DNA of 64,000 bases from a virus. Lineage: Duplodnaviria > Heunggongvirae > Uroviricota > Caudoviricetes. The notes under the pieces are model-generated. The model was given only the letters and a program-made list of their open reading frames with translations. It ran no database searches and was not told where the DNA came from. Every line of letters starts with the position of its first letter. The first letter of the stretch is position 1. Of this stretch, positions 1-6,878 are shown one piece after another. The DNA is taken from IMG/VR virus record IMGVR_UViG_3300020059_000001, positions 14,679 through 78,678 of that record; one strand, 5' to 3'. The position numbers and the translations under genes were made by a program.

Positions 1-5
1 GCTAC

Positions 6-461
6 TCATAGCCCGGCCAGATCTCGGCGGATCTGCCAGGCCCGGTGCAAGTTAGCGCCGGCCCACGCCGCATACACCAGACCACCGGCCAATGCGCGCA
101 ATCCGGCGTAACTGAACGCGGCCATGCAAAACAGCAGGATCGCGCCCGCCCCTATCAGCATGCTGGCCTGCTCCAGGCTCAACCCGAACTCGACCCGGTA
201 GTGTTGCCACACAATCCCAGTAATGCCGAGCAGTCCAGATAGCAGCAACGCCGCCGACCAGATCCGGATTTGCCACAGTGGGAGAGTCGCGGCCAGTGAC
301 GCGGCCGGGGGAGTACCAGCCACGTAGGCGCCGCCGGTAAGAACTGACACGCCGAGCAGGAACAGCTCATGGGAACGGAGCCGGCCGGCCACATACAACG
401 TCAGGGCAGCCCGCGGCTCATCCGGCTGGGGCTGGGGCTGTTTCTTCTTCTCTACGGGCAT
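6..461 (-). CDS. hypothetical membrane protein (3-4 TM helices); ORF extends to 638 but N-terminal 59 codons look like non-coding translation, ATG at 459-461 preferred
   Basis: ORF 6..638 minus; hydrophobic helices LTLYVAGRL..LLGVSVLTGGAYVAG.. etc; internal ATG with GAGGTGG upstream. Confidence 0.4.
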   Translation of the reverse strand: MPVEKKKQPQPQPDEPRAALTLYVAGRLRSHELFLLGVSVLTGGAYVAGTPPAASLAATLPLWQIRIWSAALLLSGLLGITGIVWQHYRVEFGLSLEQASMLIGAGAILLFCMAAFSYAGLRALAGGLVYAAWAGANLHRAWQIRRDLAGL

Positions 462-468
462 ATGGCGT

Positions 469-756
469 CTAGACCACCTCACGGGGTGGCTCCGGTGGTT
501 CACGGCGGGCGCGGACGGTGCCGCCGCGGTGGCCACGGGATCGGGTCTGCCGGGTCGACGCCTCGACGTCGAAGAGGTCACTCCATCGGTAGAGCGGACG
601 ATCTTGCCGGTCGTGGCCGGCGACAGGTAGTAGGCCACGGTTGCGCCACATGCAGATGACGGCGTAGGACGTCTTCAGTAGCCGGACGGCTTCGTAGCCG
701 GTGACGAGGACTTTCTCGCGGGGGTCGCCGGAGTCCACGGGGGGCAAGATTTTCAC
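469..756 (-). CDS. small HTH protein (MerR/excisionase-like helix-turn-helix)
   Basis: ORF 469..756; motif LVTGYEAVRLLKTSYAVICMWRNRGLLP resembles HTH_17; stop abuts start of downstream membrane gene. Confidence 0.35.
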   Translation of the reverse strand: MKILPPVDSGDPREKVLVTGYEAVRLLKTSYAVICMWRNRGLLPVAGHDRQDRPLYRWSDLFDVEASTRQTRSRGHRGGTVRARREPPEPPREVV

Positions 757-1265
757 CCCCGCAGATACCCGGGCCTGATTCAGGACAGACTGATGCCCAA
801 GCTTCCAGTTAACGTGATCATGAGGCTGGCGTCAAGCGCCACGGCATCGCTGGTCAGGCCATATTCCGGTGGTTGTGCCCCTCAGTCAACCAAGATCATT
901 AACTCTGGAAAGTTGATCAATTAATTTTTGGTCCAACCGGACACTTCAATCCGATCCTAAAAAATCTTGTACGCGCGACCCGAAACTCGCTGGCGCACGT
1001 AACACGGATGTGGCATGGTTGCACACATAGCACAGGTTGATGTGCCGGACCGAGGAGCGAAACCGTGATCACGTGGCCAGCCACGCAAAACCCGCACCAG
1101 CGGGTGCTGTTGCCTGGACTACCCACCGCGGCCATCAGCTCCGACTACCCGGAATCCAAGCGCCAGCACAACCCGAAGTGGCGAACGTAGACGCAGAAAC
1201 CACGCGTGAACGCCGCCATCCAACCGAGGATCAGGCGGCGTTTCTCATAGGACCTACAACTCCAT

Positions 1266-1338
1266 ACGGGCGTGGCGCAACTGGAAGCGCAGCGGATTCC
1301 AAACCCGCCGGTTGCAGGTTCGAGCCCTGTCGCCCGTG
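1266..1338 (+). tRNA. tRNA-Trp (anticodon CCA)
   Basis: acceptor ACGGGCG/CGCCCGT, D-stem GCGC/GCGC, anticodon loop TTCCAAA, T-loop TTCGAGC. Confidence 0.6.
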
Positions 1339-1447
1339 CGTAACACGAACGGCACCCCTAATGCGGGGTCGCACACGGCAACACTTGAGAATTCCACAGT
1401 GGAATGGCAATAGCTGGAGGACTCAGGGTTCAACTGGGCCCTCCGGA

Positions 1448-1520
1448 CGGAAGCGACCGGCACGGTGACCGGGCCTCGTTTGGGACGAGGACGCACGGGG
1501 TTCGATTCCCCGGCTTCCGA
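1448..1520 (+). tRNA. tRNA-Pro (anticodon TGG)
   Basis: acceptor CGGAAGC/GCTTCCG, anticodon stem CCTCG/CGAGG loop TTTGGGA, T-arm CGGGG-TTCGATT-CCCCG. Confidence 0.75.
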
Positions 1521-1651
1521 CGATGCCGGCAGTACCAGTGATCGGGCACATACCCAAAAGCAGGTCGTAACCGTCGGCATTTCCACCAGGGTGCCAGCGA
1601 TGGCATGTCTGGACGGTTCACCGTTGGGGCCTAGCCAGCCTCACCCCCCAT

Positions 1652-1724
1652 GTCCTTCAAGCTCAGAAGGCAGAGCGCCGGTGTGAAGTACCGGAGGTTC
1701 TCCGTTCGATCCGGAGGAGGGACA
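1652..1724 (+). tRNA. tRNA-Phe (anticodon GAA)
   Basis: acceptor GTCCTTC/GAGGGAC (one G-U), D-stem GCTC/GAGC, anticodon stem CCGGT/ACCGG loop GTGAAGT, T-loop TTCGATC. Confidence 0.65.
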
Positions 1725-1796
1725 CGTTGGCGACGAGGGCATCGGTTATCCGCCTACCGTCGGGAAGATTTCCCATCCCTCGTCGCCAGCACGTAA

Positions 1797-1868
1797 GGCC
1801 CGCTCGACCACGGGTTAGGTCAGCTCCCTCTCCAGGAGCAGGACGGGGTTCGAGTCCCCGGCGGGCTA
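1797..1868 (+). tRNA. tRNA-Glu (anticodon CTC), anticodon-loop assignment tentative (C37)
   Basis: acceptor GGCCCGC/GCGGGCT, D-stem GACC/GGTC, anticodon stem GCTCC/GGAGC loop CTCTCCA, T-arm CGGGG-TTCGAGT-CCCCG. Confidence 0.5.
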
Positions 1869-1892
1869 CAACGACACCTAGTCGTAGTTTGT

Positions 1893-1963
1893 GTGGCGCT
1901 AGCTCAACAGTAGAGCGCTGGTCTTCCAAACCAGCGATCGGGGTTCAATTCCCCGGCGCCGCT
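1893..1963 (+). tRNA. tRNA-Gly (anticodon TCC)
   Basis: acceptor GTGGCGC/GCGCCGC, anticodon stem CTGGT/ACCAG loop CTTCCAA, T-arm CGGGG-TTCAATT-CCCCG. Confidence 0.7.
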
Positions 1964-1968
1964 CTCAA

Positions 1969-2041
1969 TCGGGAATTGAGTAATAAGGTAGCTCACGATA
2001 CTTTGGATATCGTAGTCCAGGTTCGAGCCCTGGTTCCCGAG
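1969..2041 (+). tRNA. tRNA-Gln (anticodon TTG)
   Basis: acceptor TCGGGAA/TTCCCGA, anticodon stem CGATA/TATCG loop CTTTGGA, T-arm CCAGG-TTCGAGC-CCTGG. Confidence 0.7.
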
Positions 2042-2203
2042 CGTTGAGGTAGGTCAGCCGGTCGTGGGGGTCGCTCCCTCAATCCGGGATCCGGTGACGG
2101 ACACCAGGCAGGCCGATAAGGAACGTCGTGAGACCGATCGATACTAGTTGTTTGATCGGGTAGCGGCGTAAATGCAGCGAATGCGCTACGCCTACCTCGC
2201 ATT

Positions 2204-2277
2204 GCCCCGGTCGCTCAATTGGTAGAAGCACCGCCCTTAAAGAGCGGTCAGTGCGGGTTCGAGTCCCGTCTGGGGCA
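2204..2277 (+). tRNA. tRNA with anticodon TAA (nominally Leu/UUA-reading) but class I fold with a 5-nt variable loop
   Basis: acceptor GCCCCGG/CTGGGGC, anticodon stem CCGCC/AGCGG (4 bp + C·A) loop CTTAAAG, variable TCAGT, T-arm GCGGG-TTCGAGT-CCCGT, discriminator A. Confidence 0.5.
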
Positions 2278-2416
2278 CGCAGTTCCGGCTCGGGCGCCCT
2301 GGTGATGTACACACCCCCGAGTCGGGTAACGGAGAGGAACACCTCAGGTCTGGCAGCGATCAAGGGCTCAAGCCGGCGCCTCCCATGGAAAGGTCCCTGG
2401 TGTTCCCCTCCACCCC

Positions 2417-2492
2417 GCCCCGGTAGCCCAACTGGCAGATAGGCACCGCTTTCAAGTAGCGGACAGTGTCGGTTCGAATCCGACCCGGGGCA
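2417..2492 (+). tRNA. tRNA with anticodon CAA (nominally Leu/UUG-reading) but class I fold with a short variable loop
   Basis: acceptor GCCCCGG/CCGGGGC, anticodon stem CCGCT/AGCGG loop TTCAAGT, variable ACAGT, T-arm GTCGG-TTCGAAT-CCGAC. Confidence 0.5.
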
Positions 2493-2496
2493 CTGC

Positions 2497-2569
2497 GCCT
2501 TCGAAGCTCATCAGGTTGAGCGTCGCCTCGGTAAGGCGAAGGCAGTCGGTTCGAATCCGACCGAAGGCT
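2497..2569 (+). tRNA. tRNA-Thr (anticodon GGT), C33 in loop
   Basis: acceptor GCCTTCG/CGAAGGC, D-stem GCTC/GAGC, anticodon stem TCGCC/GGCGA loop TCGGTAA, T-arm GTCGG-TTCGAAT-CCGAC. Confidence 0.6.
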
Positions 2570-2575
2570 CTCGTT

Positions 2576-2649
2576 GCAGATGTAGCTCAGCTGGTCTAGA
2601 GCGCGACGTTGCAACGTCGAGGTCGCCGGTTCGATCCCGGTCATCTGCT
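2576..2649 (+). tRNA. tRNA-Cys (anticodon GCA)
   Basis: acceptor GCAGATG/CATCTGC, anticodon stem CGACG/CGTCG loop TTGCAAC, T-arm GCCGG-TTCGATC-CCGGT. Confidence 0.7.
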
Positions 2650-2687
2650 CCATTCCGATCGTCGCCGTCGAAGGGAGGGTGATCCTG

Positions 2688-3152
2688 ATGGTTGATGGCA
2701 GTGTTCTTGTTCTTAACGCTGACCTTGGGCCGTTGCACCGGGTCAGCCTCCGACATGCGATCAAGATGTTGTTCCGGGAGGTTGCCGAGGTTCATGAGGC
2801 AGCCGAGGAGGAACACATACCCTGCTTCGGCCCGTGGGTTAAGCCGAAAATTATTCGTCTGGTTCGGTACGTGGTGCCGAGGTGGCGGTGGACTGAGGGC
2901 CCTGGCTGGTCGAGGCCTGGTGTGATGGCCCGTGATGGTCGCCGGTGCGGCTACTGCGGTGGCCACGCCAGCACCGTTGACCATATTGTGCCGCGGTCGC
3001 GGGGTGGGCTGAACAGCTGGCCGAACACGGTTGCGAGTTGTGATCGTTGCAATCAGCGTAAGGGTGACAGGGTACCGGCCGAGGCTGGGATGCCGTTGCT
3101 GATCACGCCGACGGTTGTCACCTGGGCCTCACTGCGACAATCACCGAGTTAG
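2688..3152 (+). CDS. HNH endonuclease
   Basis: ORF 2679..3152; RBS AAGGGAGG 9 nt upstream of ATG 2688; motifs CGYCGG..DHIVPRSRGG..N..CDRCNQRK. Confidence 0.8.
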   Translation: MVDGSVLVLNADLGPLHRVSLRHAIKMLFREVAEVHEAAEEEHIPCFGPWVKPKIIRLVRYVVPRWRWTEGPGWSRPGVMARDGRRCGYCGGHASTVDHIVPRSRGGLNSWPNTVASCDRCNQRKGDRVPAEAGMPLLITPTVVTWASLRQSPS

Positions 3153-3180
3153 GGTGGTATCAATCCGTCGAGAGACGGAG

Positions 3181-3420
3181 GGCAGCGGAGGGGTTGGCAA
3201 GGCGTGGCTGGGCCTGCGAAGGCATGGCGTGGCACGGCAAGGCCAGGCAGCAGTGGCGGGGCGTGGCTCGGCAAGGCGGCAACGGCTCGGCAGGGCAGGG
3301 CAGGGTATGGCAAGGCATGGCTTGGCAGCAGCGGCGTGGTAGGCCTGGGCTGGGCATGCTAGGGCAAGGCAGCCACGGCGAGCCGTGGCGGGGCCGGGCA
3401 TGGTAAGGCAAGGCGCGGCG
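3181..3420 (+). repeat. pentanucleotide-periodic GGCNN tract (about 48 units, imperfect); G-rich on plus strand
   Basis: printed 10-mers resolve into 5-mers: ggcaa ggcgt ggctg ggcct .. caggg caggg caggg ..; a similar tract occurs at 58621-58835. Confidence 0.8.
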
Positions 3421-3430
3421 CATCTGAGCC

Positions 3431-3462
3431 GGCCGGCGGGGTCCTCCGTTCCCCCGCCGGCC
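3431..3462 (+). terminator. GC-rich hairpin with 11-bp stem (GGCCGGCGGGG/CCCCGCCGGCC), terminator-like structure between repeat tract and tRNA-Gln
   Basis: perfect inverted repeat read directly; no clear U-tract. Confidence 0.35.
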
Positions 3463-3469
3463 ACCCCAT

Positions 3470-3543
3470 TCGGGACTGGTGTAATTCCGGCAGCACGACA
3501 GGTTCTGGCCCTGTTAGTGGAGGTTCGAGTCCTCCGTCCCGAG
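3470..3543 (+). tRNA. tRNA-Gln (anticodon CTG)
   Basis: acceptor TCGGGAC/GTCCCGA, anticodon stem ACAGG/CCTGT loop TTCTGGC, T-arm GGAGG-TTCGAGT-CCTCC. Confidence 0.7.
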
Positions 3544-3549
3544 CTTCCT

Positions 3550-3622
3550 GCCCTCGTGGCCCAATGGCAGAGGCAACGGTCTGAGGGGCCGTACGGTGCC
3601 GGTTCGAATCCGGCCGAGGGCA
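3550..3622 (+). tRNA. tRNA with anticodon GAG (nominally Leu/CUC-reading) but class I fold, 73 nt
   Basis: acceptor GCCCTCG/CGAGGGC, anticodon stem ACGGT/GCCGT loop CTGAGGG (G37), variable ACGGT, T-arm GCCGG-TTCGAAT-CCGGC, discriminator A. Confidence 0.5.
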
Positions 3623-3882
3623 CGACCACATCCCCAAAGGGCGGCTTGATGGATGCCAAAACTCAAATCCATCGTTGAATGAGAACCAGAAGGAAGCCGG
3701 TCCAGAAAAAACCGAGCTGCAAGGAGCATTCGTGTAGTAGGCCACGCAGCACCGCGGAAGGGTTTTGTGTAGCCCACCGCAATCCGGCCGAACGACATCA
3801 CGATCTGAAAGCTCTCCGTCAGTAACGGTTGAAGAAAGCGGGACGGGCGGGCCGCTAACCAAAATCGTCCGTCCCGTACCAT

Positions 3883-3956
3883 GCCGACGTAGCTCACTAG
3901 GCTAGAGCGCTGTTCTTGTAAATCAGAGGTAATCGGTTCGAATCCGATCGTCGGCT
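3883..3956 (+). tRNA. tRNA-Thr (anticodon TGT)
   Basis: acceptor GCCGACG/CGTCGGC, D-stem GCTC/GAGC, anticodon loop CTTGTAA, T-arm ATCGG-TTCGAAT-CCGAT. Confidence 0.65.
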
Positions 3957-3987
3957 CTCTCTACTACTTTGAAACGGGAGGACAAGG

Positions 3988-4176
3988 GTGGGTACGAAGT
4001 CATTGTCGTGGCGGAAGAGTAGCTTCAGCTCGGACACGGCGAACTGTGTCGAGTTCGCGCCGGCCGGCGAACTGGTAGGGGTTCGGGATTCGAAGGACCC
4101 GGACGGGCCGGCGTTGTGGTTCGCCCCGGATGTTTGGCAGGCGTTCGTGGACACGGTCCGCAACGACGAGCTGTAA
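3988..4176 (+). CDS. DUF397 domain protein
   Basis: GTG start with GGGAGGA RBS; motif SWRKSSFS...NCVEFA...VGVRDSKDPDGPAL.F....W.AF typical of Streptomyces DUF397. Confidence 0.75.
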   Translation: MGTKSLSWRKSSFSSDTANCVEFAPAGELVGVRDSKDPDGPALWFAPDVWQAFVDTVRNDEL

Positions 4177-4280
4177 AAGCGGGGAACGAAAGGCTTCGGC
4201 GGAGAAGTCAGGTCGTTTCCTTCCAAATCCCTGTCGGTGGGTGGAGTACCACGGTGGACACTCCGTGCTACCCGGTTGAT

Positions 4281-4313
4281 GCCATCCAGGACTCCGCCGC
4301 CGTCCTGGATGGC
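4281..4313 (+). terminator. hairpin with 12-bp perfect stem GCCATCCAGGAC/GTCCTGGATGGC (terminator-like; no U tract)
   Basis: inverted repeat read directly downstream of DUF397 gene. Confidence 0.4.
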
Positions 4314-4380
4314 TATAGGTGCCGGGGTGAACCGAATGCTCGCGGACGGAGCAACCACTTTGCCGTCGCGGCGAGCGCCC

Positions 4381-4454
4381 GCCAGCGCAGCACTGAAGGT
4401 ATGTGCGCCCGTCTCGTAAACGGGAGGTAGACGGTTCGATCCCGTCCGTTGGCT
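4381..4454 (+). tRNA. tRNA-Thr (anticodon CGT)
   Basis: acceptor GCCAGCG/CGTTGGC, D-stem GCAC/GTGC, anticodon stem CCCGT/ACGGG loop CTCGTAA, T-arm GACGG-TTCGATC-CCGTC. Confidence 0.7.
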
Positions 4455-4458
4455 CCGA

Positions 4459-4531
4459 GGGCTCTTAGCTCATCTGGTAGAGCGCCTGTTTTGCAAGCAG
4501 GAGGTGGTCCGTTCGAGTCGGACAGGGTCCA
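4459..4531 (+). tRNA. tRNA-Ala (anticodon TGC) with G3:U70
   Basis: acceptor GGGCTCT/AGGGTCC incl. G3·U70 identity pair, anticodon stem CCTGT/GCAGG loop TTTGCAA, T-arm GTCCG-TTCGAGT-CGGAC. Confidence 0.75.
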
Positions 4532-4532
4532 C

Positions 4533-4615
4533 GCCCGAGTGGTGGAATTTGGCAGACACGCCAGTCTTAGGAACTGGTTCTTTCGGGAGTGCAGGTTCGA
4601 GGCCTGTCTCGGGCA
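4533..4615 (+). tRNA. tRNA-Leu (anticodon TAG), canonical class II with long variable arm
   Basis: acceptor GCCCGAG/CTCGGGC, anticodon stem CCAGT/ACTGG loop CTTAGGA, long variable arm TTCTTTCGGGAGT, T-arm GCAGG-TTCGAGG-CCTGT. Confidence 0.7.
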
Positions 4616-4632
4616 CGGTATTACCCGCTCAT

Positions 4633-4707
4633 GCCCTGTCGGTCCAGTTGGGAGTGGACGCCGCCCTGTCAAGGCGGAGATCGCCGGTTCAAATCCGGTA
4701 CGGGGCG
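4633..4707 (+). tRNA. tRNA-Asp (anticodon GTC)
   Basis: acceptor GCCCTGT/ACGGGGC, D-stem GTCC/GGAC, anticodon stem CCGCC/GGCGG loop CTGTCAA, T-loop TTCAAAT, discriminator G. Confidence 0.75.
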
Positions 4708-4722
4708 CGCGCAGTTGCAATT

Positions 4723-4818
4723 GGAGAGATGGCATGAGTCTGGTTGATGGCGCCGCACTGCTAATGCGGTCTACGGGGTTTTCTCCTCGTAGCGCGGGTT
4801 CGAATCCCGCTCTCTCCT
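4723..4818 (+). tRNA. tRNA-Ser (anticodon GCT), class II, D-arm slightly long
   Basis: acceptor GGAGAGA/TCTCTCC, anticodon stem CCGCA/TGCGG loop CTGCTAA, long variable arm, T-arm GCGGG-TTCGAAT-CCCGC. Confidence 0.6.
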
Positions 4819-4822
4819 CAAT

Positions 4823-4897
4823 GGGGTCGTAGCTCAGTAGGTGATGAGCGCCGAGCTGATAACTCGGAGGTCGGTGGTTCGATTCCATCCGGCCCCA
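4823..4897 (+). tRNA. tRNA-Ile (anticodon GAT)
   Basis: acceptor GGGGTCG/CGGCCCC, anticodon stem CCGAG/CTCGG loop CTGATAA, T-arm GGTGG-TTCGATT-CCATC. Confidence 0.7.
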
Positions 4898-5018
4898 CTT
4901 TCCGGCCGGGACGCGTACCGCGAAAGGGAAACCGGAGTTGGTTTGGCTGACCAGCTCCTGGCGGCGCCCACATAGGCCAGCCCGCACGCCGCACCGGAAG
5001 CGGCGAGGCGGGCACCAT

Positions 5019-5091
5019 GCCCCCATAGCTCAGCGGATAGAGCACAAGATTACGAATCTTGGAGTCGGGAGTTCGAATCTCTCTGGGGGTG
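5019..5091 (+). tRNA. tRNA-Arg (anticodon ACG)
   Basis: acceptor GCCCCCA/TGGGGGT, anticodon stem CAAGA/TCTTG loop TTACGAA, T-arm GGGAG-TTCGAAT-CTCTC. Confidence 0.7.
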
Positions 5092-5192
5092 CGGGACCAG
5101 TAGGAGGCTTAGCGGCGGTCGCAGCAGAGGTTGCCCATCCGGTCCGCGAGTTTGGTTGCGCTCGACGGAGCTGGAAGCATGTCGAGTAGTAA

Positions 5193-5266
5193 CGGGCGTT
5201 AGCTCAGTTTGGCAGAGCGCTGTCTTCGGGAGGCAGAGGCCGCGCGTTCGAGTCGCGCACGCCCGA
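5193..5266 (+). tRNA. tRNA-Pro (anticodon CGG)
   Basis: acceptor CGGGCGT/ACGCCCG, anticodon stem CTGTC/GGCAG loop TTCGGGA, T-arm GCGCG-TTCGAGT-CGCGC. Confidence 0.7.
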
Positions 5267-5314
5267 CGTGAAGGTCTACATAGCAATCCCCGAGGCCTAC
5301 GACGGCATCACCGA

Positions 5315-5569
5315 TTAGTTAGCACACTTAGGGTACACCGAATCCTCAGGGCAGTTATCCCACACCTGCCGACTCACCGTGATATTTCTAGGTCCGTTGT
5401 CGGTCCTAATGGTCAGCCGAAAGGTCACCCCTGCATGTAGCCGGGACTGCACTATGCCTTCTACCTTGTCGTTCTGACTACCTCCGCCGCCAGCACACGC
5501 GAAGAACACCCCTGCGATCAGGGCACTACATGTCCAGGTCGCCATCGACAACTTCTTCGACGTCCTCAT
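5315..5569 (-). CDS. small lipoprotein/secreted protein embedded in tRNA array
   Basis: MRTSKKLSMATWTCSALIAGVFFAC|AGGGGSQ: signal peptide + lipobox-like Cys; ORF 5315..5608, internal ATG 5567-5569 preferred. Confidence 0.4.
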   Translation of the reverse strand: MRTSKKLSMATWTCSALIAGVFFACAGGGGSQNDKVEGIVQSRLHAGVTFRLTIRTDNGPRNITVSRQVWDNCPEDSVYPKCAN

Positions 5570-5611
5570 GTGCAGGGATCGTAATGCCCGGTGGGGGCGC
5601 TGGCACAAACT

Positions 5612-5700
5612 GGAAGCGTAAGCCGAGAGAGGACTACCGGCTGCCGTCTTGAAAACGGTTAGGGCTAACCCCCGTGCGAGTTCGAGCCTCGCCGCTTCCG
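5612..5700 (+). tRNA. tRNA-Ser (anticodon TGA), class II
   Basis: acceptor GGAAGCG/CGCTTCC, anticodon stem GCCGT/ACGGT loop CTTGAAA, long variable arm TAGGGCTAACCCCC, T-arm GCGAG-TTCGAGC-CTCGC. Confidence 0.65.
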
Positions 5701-5708
5701 CGTGATAC

Positions 5709-5783
5709 GCGCCGCTAGCTCAGTCTGGTCAGAGCAGGAGATTCTTACTCTTCGGGTCTCGGGTTCGAATCCCGGGCGGCGCA
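5709..5783 (+). tRNA. tRNA-Lys (anticodon CTT)
   Basis: acceptor GCGCCGC/GCGGCGC, anticodon stem GGAGA/TCTTC loop TTCTTAC, T-arm TCGGG-TTCGAAT-CCCGG. Confidence 0.7.
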
Positions 5784-5791
5784 CGCACTAA

Positions 5792-5865
5792 CCCCCGGTG
5801 GTCCAACTGGAGAGGGCAGCGTCCTTCTAAGGCGCGAGATGTCGGTTCGAATCCGACCCGGGGAA
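5792..5865 (+). tRNA. tRNA-Arg (anticodon TCT); 5' end uncertain (C1·A72 mismatch)
   Basis: anticodon stem GCGTC/GGCGC loop CTTCTAA, T-arm GTCGG-TTCGAAT-CCGAC, acceptor CCCCCGG/CCGGGGA. Confidence 0.55.
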
Positions 5866-5866
5866 C

Positions 5867-6205
5867 ATGGCTACCAACGAATACATGCGTGAGTACCAAC
5901 GTCAACGCTATCACGCGCGACGCGCGGAAGGCATGCGCCTTCTAGGTGGAGTATGTATTGACTGCGGAGTTTCAAAGAACCTTGAATTCGACCACAGAGT
6001 GCGAGAAGAGAAGACTCTCGAAATGGGCGAGGCCCTATGGAAGGTAAGTCGAGCAAGGTTTCTAAGCGAATTAGCTAAGTGCGACCTTCGATGTAAGCCG
6101 TGTCATATAACACGAACACTGTCGAGGGCGGATGGATGTGGCAACGGCGTATGGCGATGTCCATGCGGAAACCTGTCGGTCAATCAAACGACAGTTACAA
6201 CGTGA
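5867..6205 (+). CDS. HNH-type homing endonuclease-like protein (lower-GC insert within tRNA array)
   Basis: ORF 5867..6205; motif CIDCGVSKNLEFDHRV....C..CH; local GC clearly lower than surroundings. Confidence 0.6.
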   Translation: MATNEYMREYQRQRYHARRAEGMRLLGGVCIDCGVSKNLEFDHRVREEKTLEMGEALWKVSRARFLSELAKCDLRCKPCHITRTLSRADGCGNGVWRCPCGNLSVNQTTVTT

Positions 6206-6233
6206 GTATCTGCGGACTTATCGGGCCCGCAAA

Positions 6234-6305
6234 GCCCTCGAAGCTTAATGGAGAAGCATCGTCCTCCTAAGACGAAGATTCCGGGTTCGACTCCCGGCGG
6301 GGGCA
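6234..6305 (+). tRNA. tRNA-Arg (anticodon CCT)
   Basis: acceptor GCCCTCG/CGGGGGC, D-stem GCTT/AAGC, anticodon stem TCGTC/GACGA loop CTCCTAA, T-arm CCGGG-TTCGACT-CCCGG. Confidence 0.7.
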
Positions 6306-6309
6306 CGGG

Positions 6310-6382
6310 GCGCCGTTAGCTCAATTGGCAGAGCTGCGCACCTTTAATGCGAGGGTTCAGGGTTCAAGTCCCTGGCGGCGCA
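6310..6382 (+). tRNA. tRNA-Lys (anticodon TTT), tentative (4-bp anticodon stem, C33)
   Basis: acceptor GCGCCGT/GCGGCGC, anticodon loop CCTTTAA flanked by CGCA/TGCG, T-arm CAGGG-TTCAAGT-CCCTG. Confidence 0.5.
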
Positions 6383-6485
6383 CGCACCGGTTTTGCTAGT
6401 TTCCGAGTAGGTTCGTAAAGTTAAGTGCGGCACTCCAATGGTCGAGCCTATGCCTAAAAAACTAGCGCCCCAATTTTCAACACAA

Positions 6486-6557
6486 GCCCCGGTAGCTCAG
6501 CGGTGGAGCGTCGGTTCGACACACCGGAGGTCCCTGGTTCAAATCCAGGTCGGGGCA
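6486..6557 (+). tRNA. tRNA-Val (anticodon GAC), tentative (C33)
   Basis: acceptor GCCCCGG/TCGGGGC, anticodon stem TCGGT/ACCGG loop TCGACAC, T-arm CCTGG-TTCAAAT-CCAGG. Confidence 0.5.
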
Positions 6558-6646
6558 CACGGCGAGGAGGCGAACGCGTCGTCTCCGGACCTAGTTGTGC
6601 GGCCGGTTCGATTCCCTTCGCCCTGGTGGGGACCGCACAGCGCACG
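6557..6646 (+). other. structured spacer with T-loop-like GGTTCGATTCC and nested GC stems; possible degenerate tRNA pseudogene
   Basis: GTGCGG...CCGCAC and TCCC..GGGA stems around CCGGTTCGATTCCC; no consistent cloverleaf could be built. Confidence 0.2.
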
Positions 6647-6718
6647 GAGCCGTCGACTAGCGGTCCAGGTCGCTGCCCTTTCAAGGCAGTTGCGCGGGTT
6701 CGAATCCCGTCGGCTCTA
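6646..6718 (+). tRNA. tRNA-Glu (anticodon TTC)
   Basis: acceptor GGAGCCG/CGGCTCT, D-stem CGAC/GTCG, anticodon stem CTGCC/GGCAG loop CTTTCAA, T-arm GCGGG-TTCGAAT-CCCGT. Confidence 0.65.
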
Positions 6719-6723
6719 CTCAT

Positions 6724-6794
6724 TCCCTCATAGCTCAAAGGCAGAGCGGCCGGCTGTTAACCGGCTGATCTTGGTTCGATTCCAGGTGAGGGAG
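6724..6794 (+). tRNA. tRNA-Asn (anticodon GTT)
   Basis: acceptor TCCCTCA/TGAGGGA, anticodon stem GCCGG/CCGGC loop CTGTTAA, T-arm CTTGG-TTCGATT-CCAGG. Confidence 0.7.
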
Positions 6795-6798
6795 CAAG

Positions 6799-6873
6799 GC
6801 GTTACGGTCCGTCCGGTCGGCGGAGCCTGTCTTATAAACAGGTGTTGTTCCGGTTCGACTCCGGCGTGGCGCA
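6799..6873 (+). tRNA. tRNA-Ile (anticodon TAT, AUA-reading), tentative
   Basis: acceptor GCGTTAC/GTGGCGC (two G-U), D-stem TCCG/CGGA, anticodon stem CCTGT/ACAGG loop CTTATAA, T-loop TTCGACT. Confidence 0.5.
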
Positions 6874-6878
6874 CGCAA

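Noticed and set aside
3181-3420. CRISPR array
   Set aside because: The units are 5 nt and contiguous, with no spacer-repeat alternation and no cas genes.
3141-3659. ORFs across the first pentanucleotide tract (for example 3141..3659, 3160..3423, 3194..3406)
   Set aside because: The 5-nt periodicity produces quasi-pentapeptide frames (LPCHAMP-like) on all frames. There is no RBS, and one ORF runs into a tRNA.
6557-6646. tRNA between tRNA-Val and tRNA-Glu
   Set aside because: A GGTTCGATTCC motif is present, but no T-stem or acceptor pairing could be built. It is more likely a decayed tRNA or structured spacer.
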